Assembly: GCF_000253055.1 (NCBI RefSeq)
Contig: NC_016070.1
Span: 840,001 to 872,000, forward strand
Length of the DNA: 32,000 bases
Direction: 5' to 3'
From: Thermoproteus tenax Kra 1
Lineage (GTDB): Archaea > Thermoproteota > Thermoprotei > Thermoproteales > Thermoproteaceae
Shown: positions 27,105 to 32,000 of the stretch, in pieces
How the letters are laid out: each line of letters opens with the position of its first letter
Position numbering within the stretch: the first letter of the stretch is position 1
Notes under the pieces: generated by a model
Told to the model about the DNA's origin: nothing
The model's database searches: none
The model's input: the letters and a program-made list of their open reading frames with translations, nothing else
Translations under genes and position numbers: made by a program

Positions 27105-27971
27105 ATGAGGCTCTATTATTTCAAAAACGCCGAAGATCTAGCCAAGGCCATATCGGCGCGTTTAGGCATTGACGCAAGACAGATAGAGGAGAGGGATTTT
27201 CCAGACGGCGAAGTTCTGGTCAGAGTGGAGCCTGCGAGGGAGGTAGCGCTTATCGCCAGGCTTTATCCGGACGTTAATAAGAATCTAGTGAAGCTCTACT
27301 TGGCGCTAGATGCTCTGACAGACTATGGGGCCGAGCGCATAGTCTTGGTAGCGCCCTATCTCCCCTACGCGAGACAAGATAGAAGGTTTAGAGAGGGCGA
27401 GCCCATAAGCTCTAAGACTGTGCTGAGCCATCTCAAGCTATACCCTGTCACCCACGTTGTGACAGTAGATCTACACAAGGCCTATATATCTGACTACGTC
27501 GGAGGCATCAGGTTCATCAATATATATCCCTCCTCTCAATTCGCCGAGGTTTTAAGGAGGTGGAATGTCTCACATGTGTTGAGCCCCGACGCGGGATCTC
27601 TGGGCAGAGCTGAGGCGTTGGCGAAGGCCCTGGGGGCTTCCTACGACTATTTCGAGAAGTTTAGAGATAGGGAGACAGGCGAGATATATATGAGACCCAG
27701 AGAGGGGACCAGCTTGCAGGGCAAGGCCGTGGCGATTGTAGACGACATATTGGCGACTGGAGGAACTCTCGTGGACGCCTGCAAGAACGCGAGGATGTTG
27801 GGCGCCTCGGCGGTGTACGCGGCGGTCACCCACTGCATGTTGTTGGGCAACGCCAGAGAGAAGATCAAGGGATGCATCAGCGCATTGTATTGCACCAACA
27901 CAATCCCCTGCGAGTACTCGAGCGTTGATATAGCGAGACCTCTCGCCGAGGCCCTCGCCTCTATCTTGTAG
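27105..27971 (+). CDS. prs: Ribose-phosphate pyrophosphokinase
   Basis: RDFPDGEVLVRVEP, LPYARQDRRFREGEPIS, VVTVDLHKAYISDYV, VAIVDDILATGGTLV. Confidence 0.95.
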   Translation: MRLYYFKNAEDLAKAISARLGIDARQIEERDFPDGEVLVRVEPAREVALIARLYPDVNKNLVKLYLALDALTDYGAERIVLVAPYLPYARQDRRFREGEPISSKTVLSHLKLYPVTHVVTVDLHKAYISDYVGGIRFINIYPSSQFAEVLRRWNVSHVLSPDAGSLGRAEALAKALGASYDYFEKFRDRETGEIYMRPREGTSLQGKAVAIVDDILATGGTLVDACKNARMLGASAVYAAVTHCMLLGNAREKIKGCISALYCTNTIPCEYSSVDIARPLAEALASIL

Positions 27972-27973
27972 AG

Positions 27974-28984
27974 CTAGAGAGCCCAAAACTTGGAGTGGAT
28001 TCTCCTTATGTCTTCCAACGTCTTGTTCAACTTGCCCCACGCGTAGTGGTCGCTCTCGCTGGACTCCTCGGGCGCCTTCGCGTCCTGGCCGGTCAACAGC
28101 TCGACCACCATCTTGGAGCCCCTCTTTATTACATCATAGTTGTAGCCCCCCTCTAGGAGAACCACTAGCGGCACGTTGAGAGACGCGAGGGCCCTCAACG
28201 CATATTCATAGCCGGCAAGGGTCAGCCCCATATCGGCCAAAGGGTCGTCTCTATGCGCGTCCCATCCCAACGACACGATTATCCTTCTGGGGCCGTACTG
28301 GCGCAAAATGGGCACCACTACCTCATCCAATATCTTCTTGAATCCATCGTCTCCGAGCCCAGGCGGCATGGGCACATTCACGTTGTATCCCTCGCCGCGA
28401 CCCCTCCCGACCTCATCGGGGAAGCCTGTGCCTGGATATAACGTCAATGGATCTTGGTGCGTGGACACGTACAGTATGTCTCTGTCGTATAATATTTCCT
28501 GGGTGCCGTTTCCGTGGTGTACATCTATATCCACCACTGCGACGCCTTCGGCGTAAATGGCCCCCGAGGCGGCTGTGTTGAATATACAGAAGCCTTGTGT
28601 AGGAGCTGTCAGAGCTCTGCCTGCCTTACCGGCGTGGTGGCCGGGCGGCCTCGCCAAGATATATGCGTGTTCCCCGGAATCGATAGCATCTAACATGGCC
28701 GCCACGGCCAAGATAGCCGCATCGCAAGTCTTTGGAGATACCCAAGTATCGCCGTCGAGCTCAGTGAGGGCGCCTACGTTACATAAGTCCTTGATATAGT
28801 TTATATAACTTCTCTCGTGGACTCGCTCCAAGACGTCCAATACGTCTTCCCTCATGTTGGGCCGTGTCGGCGTTATGCCCCCTTGGAGAACTCCGTCTAA
28901 GGCGTAGTCCAGACGCCTCGGGCTCTCGGGGTGACCTGAGGCAACTTGGTGCTCCTTGAAAATGTCGCTGTAGTAGACCCGCAT
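27974..28984 (-). CDS. Histone deacetylase superfamily (AcuC/HDAC-like) protein
   Basis: HPESPRRLDYALDG, YILARPPGHHAGKAGR, VAVVDIDVHHGNGTQEIL, SLGWDAHRDDPLADMGLT. Confidence 0.92.
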   Translation of the reverse strand: MRVYYSDIFKEHQVASGHPESPRRLDYALDGVLQGGITPTRPNMREDVLDVLERVHERSYINYIKDLCNVGALTELDGDTWVSPKTCDAAILAVAAMLDAIDSGEHAYILARPPGHHAGKAGRALTAPTQGFCIFNTAASGAIYAEGVAVVDIDVHHGNGTQEILYDRDILYVSTHQDPLTLYPGTGFPDEVGRGRGEGYNVNVPMPPGLGDDGFKKILDEVVVPILRQYGPRRIIVSLGWDAHRDDPLADMGLTLAGYEYALRALASLNVPLVVLLEGGYNYDVIKRGSKMVVELLTGQDAKAPEESSESDHYAWGKLNKTLEDIRRIHSKFWAL

Positions 28985-29040
28985 AGTCTACTTTACTACA
29001 ATAAAATAAAAGCGAGGAGCTTTTAAGGCGACATAATGAC

Positions 29041-29229
29041 ATGCTGTTGAAAAAGAGGAAGACTGAGGAGGAAGACGAGGAGGATCTCGAGAGGCTCCTA
29101 AGAGATGAGGGCGGCGACGATGAGGATGAGGGAGAGAAGTTCCTCAAAGTGAAGATAGAGGTCGAGGGGCTCAAGGAGTTGGTGCAGGCGGTCGAAGAGC
29201 TCGTGGAAGCCATAAGGTCTAAAAAGTAG
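29041..29229 (+). CDS. Small highly charged protein, 62 aa
   Basis: MLLKKRKTEEEDEEDLERLLRDEGGDDEDEGEKFLKVKIEVEGLKELVQAVEELVEAIRSKK; coherent acidic coiled-coil composition, start of a + strand gene run. Confidence 0.55.
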   Translation: MLLKKRKTEEEDEEDLERLLRDEGGDDEDEGEKFLKVKIEVEGLKELVQAVEELVEAIRSKK

Positions 29230-29244
29230 GAGAGAACCCTCTGT

Positions 29245-29931
29245 ATGGACTGCGTAATACCAATGGGCTCTTTTGAGCAACACGGCCCCTTTCTACCTCC
29301 AACTGTCGACACAGAGATAGCGACCCATGTGGCGAAGAGGATAGGGGGAAGCCTGGGGGCCAGAGTCCTAGAGCCAGTGTGGTATAGTTGTAGCCACGAG
29401 CACATAGATTTCCCGCCCACGATATCAGTCCCATGTGAGACCTTCGCTGACTACGCAAAGGCCGTGATAAAGGGCGCGCTGAAGTGGTGCGAGAGAGTCC
29501 TAGTGGTGGCGGGACACGGCGGCATAGCCGATATAGGCAACGCTGTAGCATCCCAGTTGAACTACGAGCTGGGTCCTCGAGTCCTCTGGATAAATATTTG
29601 GTCGTTGGCGCCCGTGAGGGACCACGCAGGCTCGGACGAAGCAAGTATATATCTGGCCATAGGGGGGAGAATGACGGCGGTGCCTGACAAGAGGATCTGC
29701 GAGGGGGACGTTCATTTGATGAGGTATCTTAGGACGTCGTGGATGTCGAAGAGCGGAATTGTAGGCTGCATAGACCCCGCCGAGATCTCAGAGGAGAGGG
29801 GAAGGTCATTGCTGGAAACTATAGTTTACAAGGCGCTTGAGAAGGCGAACACTTTTTTAACGGCAACTCGGGAAATTGGCGGTGCACAGCATAATGCAAC
29901 TCAAGTTGATCGGGTACAGAGAGTGGACTGA
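29245..29931 (+). CDS. arfB: Creatininase-superfamily protein, probable FAPy (2-amino-5-formylamino-6-ribosylaminopyrimidinone 5'-phosphate) deformylase
   Basis: PMGSFEQHGPFLPPTVDTEIA, VAGHGGIADIGNA, WSLAPVRDHAGSDEAS; adjacency to arfA/arfC. Confidence 0.82.
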   Translation: MDCVIPMGSFEQHGPFLPPTVDTEIATHVAKRIGGSLGARVLEPVWYSCSHEHIDFPPTISVPCETFADYAKAVIKGALKWCERVLVVAGHGGIADIGNAVASQLNYELGPRVLWINIWSLAPVRDHAGSDEASIYLAIGGRMTAVPDKRICEGDVHLMRYLRTSWMSKSGIVGCIDPAEISEERGRSLLETIVYKALEKANTFLTATREIGGAQHNATQVDRVQRVD

Positions 29932-30544
29932 GACTCTCGGCTTCAGAAGGGAGCACATAATTCAGCAGACGCAAGCGGAGTTACACAAGAGGATATGGGC
30001 TGAGTTTACATCGCTGGATGCTCTGCCGCATCAGATGAGGTACGACTACGCCATGGTCTACTCCAACAACGTGCCTGCGGAGTCTCTCATTGCGAAGGTT
30101 AAGTCGATCCAGGAGGCGGCGCCAGTGCCCGTGGACTACTGTATAGGCAGAGGGAGGACTCCGCTTGAGGCTTACGAGCGTTGCGGCGATGGATCTACAG
30201 AGGGCGGGCCGGCCGTGGTGGGGCATTTGGATATTGTCAATAGCACGAGACAGACCGAGAAGCGCGGCTCCTACGATATCTATATTGTCGTTGGAGATCT
30301 ATTGAACAAGATAAACTCAATATGCAGAGGTCTGGGCTGTCTCTCCTTCTATTTGGGAGGCGACAATATAATGATATTCCTCCCAGATGTAGAGGCAGGG
30401 TTCCAGATATATGACCAAGTGTATATCGACGTGAGGCTAGGGATCGGAATAGCCGAGAGGCCCTATCAAGCCTTCACTAAGGCGACGGAGGCCTTGGACT
30501 CGATGCGGAGGGATAACGTTGTCGGCGTGAGGATCCTAAGATGA
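29894..30544 (+). CDS. arfA: GTP cyclohydrolase III (GTP cyclohydrolase IIa family)
   Basis: MQLKLIGYREWTETLGFRREHIIQQTQAELH, FTSLDALPHQMRYDYAMVYSNNV, GRGRTPLEAYERCG, YLGGDNIMIFLP. Likely start ATG 29894. Confidence 0.9.
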   Translation: MQLKLIGYREWTETLGFRREHIIQQTQAELHKRIWAEFTSLDALPHQMRYDYAMVYSNNVPAESLIAKVKSIQEAAPVPVDYCIGRGRTPLEAYERCGDGSTEGGPAVVGHLDIVNSTRQTEKRGSYDIYIVVGDLLNKINSICRGLGCLSFYLGGDNIMIFLPDVEAGFQIYDQVYIDVRLGIGIAERPYQAFTKATEALDSMRRDNVVGVRILR

Positions 30545-31194
30545 GGCCATATGTCTATCTAGTGGCGGCGGTTACTATTGACGGAAGGATAGCTAGCAAG
30601 ACCGGCTACTCCAAGCTATCTTGCCCCATAGATCTGAGGAGACTACACGAGCTCAGGGGTAGGGTTGATGCAGTGATGGTGGGGGCTGGCACAGTCAGAG
30701 TAGACAACCCGCGGCTCACAGTCAGATACGCTCAGGGCAAGAACCCTGTCAGAGTCGTCGTCGACGGAGCCTTGTCGCTCTCCCCTGAGATGAGGGTCTT
30801 CGACAACTCTGCGCCGACTATACTCTTGACGACCGAGAGGGCTCCTCAAGAGAAGGTCGACGTCTTCGCTAGAAAGGGCGTCAGAGTGGTACAGTTCCCG
30901 GGCGACTCAGTGCCGCTGAGGGAGGCCCTCGAGATGTTGTACAAGGAAGGAGTCAAGACGGTCCTAGTCGAGGGAGGCGGCCACGTGAACTGGCAGATCC
31001 TAAGCCAGTGTCTCGCGGACGAGCTCATTATAACTGTGACTCCCTACGCCTTTGGCGCCGGAACTTCGCTTCTTGAGGGACAAGGCTACGCTGATACTGA
31101 GTCGGCCCCGTTCAAGCTGAGGCTGATATCGGCTGAGGTGTGCGAGTGCGGGCAGGAGGTCGTCCTAAGGTATAAGGTTGAGTGTAAACATTAG
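30541..31194 (+). CDS. arfC: 2,5-diamino-6-ribosylamino-4(3H)-pyrimidinone 5'-phosphate reductase (RibD C-terminal type)
   Basis: VAAVTIDGRIAS, VDAVMVGAGTVRVDNPRLT, KTVLVEGGGHVNWQIL. Confidence 0.9.
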   Translation: MRPYVYLVAAVTIDGRIASKTGYSKLSCPIDLRRLHELRGRVDAVMVGAGTVRVDNPRLTVRYAQGKNPVRVVVDGALSLSPEMRVFDNSAPTILLTTERAPQEKVDVFARKGVRVVQFPGDSVPLREALEMLYKEGVKTVLVEGGGHVNWQILSQCLADELIITVTPYAFGAGTSLLEGQGYADTESAPFKLRLISAEVCECGQEVVLRYKVECKH

Positions 31195-31212
31195 TTTACA
31201 CAAAAAATTTAT

Positions 31213-31884
31213 TTGAATAAACTGAGGTTGATAATGCATCGGCTTGAGAGAGCCTTGGAGTATTTAAGGGCTGGCAAACCCGTCCTAGTATACGACGGAG
31301 ACGACAGAGAGGCTGAGGCGGATTTCGTTGTTCCGGCCAAGTCAGTTACGCCGAACTTGGTGAGGTGGCTCAGAATAAATGCCGGCGGGCTCCTATGTTT
31401 CGCCACTACTGAGGAAATAGCGAGGGCTCTAGGTCTCTCGTTTTTGTCCGAATATTATTCCAAACTGGGCCTCTCAACTCGCCCCAGATATGGAGACGAC
31501 CCGGCCTTTATGGGGTATGTGAACCACAAAAAGACGTTCACAGGCGTGAGGGACTCAGACAAGGCTCTGACTATAAAGGAGCTTGCCCATATAGCCGAGC
31601 TTGCGCTTAAAGATCCCTCGCTAGCTAGAGAGGAGTTCCTATCTAACTTCTACGCGCCCGGTCATGTGCCCATACTGGGGGCGCGCCTGGGGCGCAGATG
31701 GGGCCACACAGAGCTGTCTATGATCTTGGCCAAGGCAGCGGGGTTGCCGCCGGCGGTCGCGATAATAGAGGTATTGGGGCCGAGCACAGAGGCCATGACC
31801 TATCAAGAGGTGAGCGAGTTGGCCGAGACTCTCGGAGTCCCGCTCCTGCGTGGAGAGGACCTAAAGGCCTTTGCGCAGTTTTAG
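31213..31884 (+). CDS. ribB: 3,4-dihydroxy-2-butanone 4-phosphate synthase
   Basis: GKPVLVYDGDDREAEADFVVPA, GGLLCFATTEE, FYAPGHVPILGARLGRRWGHTELSMILA. Start TTG 31213 or ATG 31234. Confidence 0.9.
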   Translation: MNKLRLIMHRLERALEYLRAGKPVLVYDGDDREAEADFVVPAKSVTPNLVRWLRINAGGLLCFATTEEIARALGLSFLSEYYSKLGLSTRPRYGDDPAFMGYVNHKKTFTGVRDSDKALTIKELAHIAELALKDPSLAREEFLSNFYAPGHVPILGARLGRRWGHTELSMILAKAAGLPPAVAIIEVLGPSTEAMTYQEVSELAETLGVPLLRGEDLKAFAQF

Positions 31885-31999
31885 AACTATCTTGGCGTTC
31901 TGCGCATCTCTCACAAACTTGGCCACATAGGGCGCTAGGCGGTCTATCTCCCTTCTGGGAACTGTGTTCCAGGTGGGGCACGTCTTGTCAACGTAGACC
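31861..31999 (-). CDS. C-terminal end of an unidentified gene running off the window
   Basis: Minus-strand frame open from the window edge: VYVDKTCPTWNTVPRREIDRLAPYVAKFVRDAQNAKIVLKLRKGL*, stop at 31861-31863; overlaps the ribB 3' end. Confidence 0.5.
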   Translation of the reverse strand, partial: VYVDKTCPTWNTVPRREIDRLAPYVAKFVRDAQNAKIVLKLRKGL

Positions 32000-32000
32000 T

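Noticed and set aside
26771-27172. 133 aa + strand ORF upstream of and overlapping prs
   Set aside because: Basic low-information composition, overlaps the prs TATA box and N-terminus; more likely noncoding remnant.
1-32000. CRISPR array or cas genes
   Set aside because: No regularly spaced 24-37 bp direct repeats and no Cas-like proteins in the ORF track; the GC palindromes are dispersed, not arrayed.
1-32000. tRNA or rRNA genes
   Set aside because: No convincing GTTCRANYC T-arm with matching acceptor/anticodon stems seen by eye on either strand; tRNAscan-SE would be decisive, especially for intron-containing archaeal tRNAs.

Overview
This window looks like a GC-rich hyperthermophilic crenarchaeal (Thermoproteales-like) chromosome segment. 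That placement is an inference from gene content and promoter style. Most of it is densely packed housekeeping genes: upp, M50 and M1 peptidases, a PhoH-like ATPase, an acylphosphatase-like protein, a prepilin peptidase, PGI/PMI, an XPB-like helicase, a ferredoxin, Sir2, a DUF309 protein, a PAPS-reductase/ferredoxin protein, a nucleotidyltransferase, GluRS, a DUF354 protein, an adenylate kinase-like protein, AsnRS, Sua5, PRPP synthase, an HDAC-like protein, and an archaeal riboflavin/deazaflavin precursor cluster (arfB-arfA-arfC-ribB). The less ordinary signals are: (1) a family of decayed, palindrome-bounded IS200/IS605 (TnpB-type) ends and one internally deleted copy, scattered in intergenic space; (2) gltX is interrupted by a -1 and a compensating +1 frame change, and the second fuses it artificially to a DUF354 gene; (3) a three-gene, overlapping operon of unknown function (DUF309 plus two orphans); (4) an ~800 bp AT-rich island plus an AT-rich patch inside a helicase gene; (5) a 5'-truncated, very large secreted-looking protein with Gly/Pro-rich linkers; (6) an acylphosphatase-like protein that seems to lack the catalytic Asn. 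I found no CRISPR array, tRNA or rRNA. I did not find a convincing new defence or other multi-component system.
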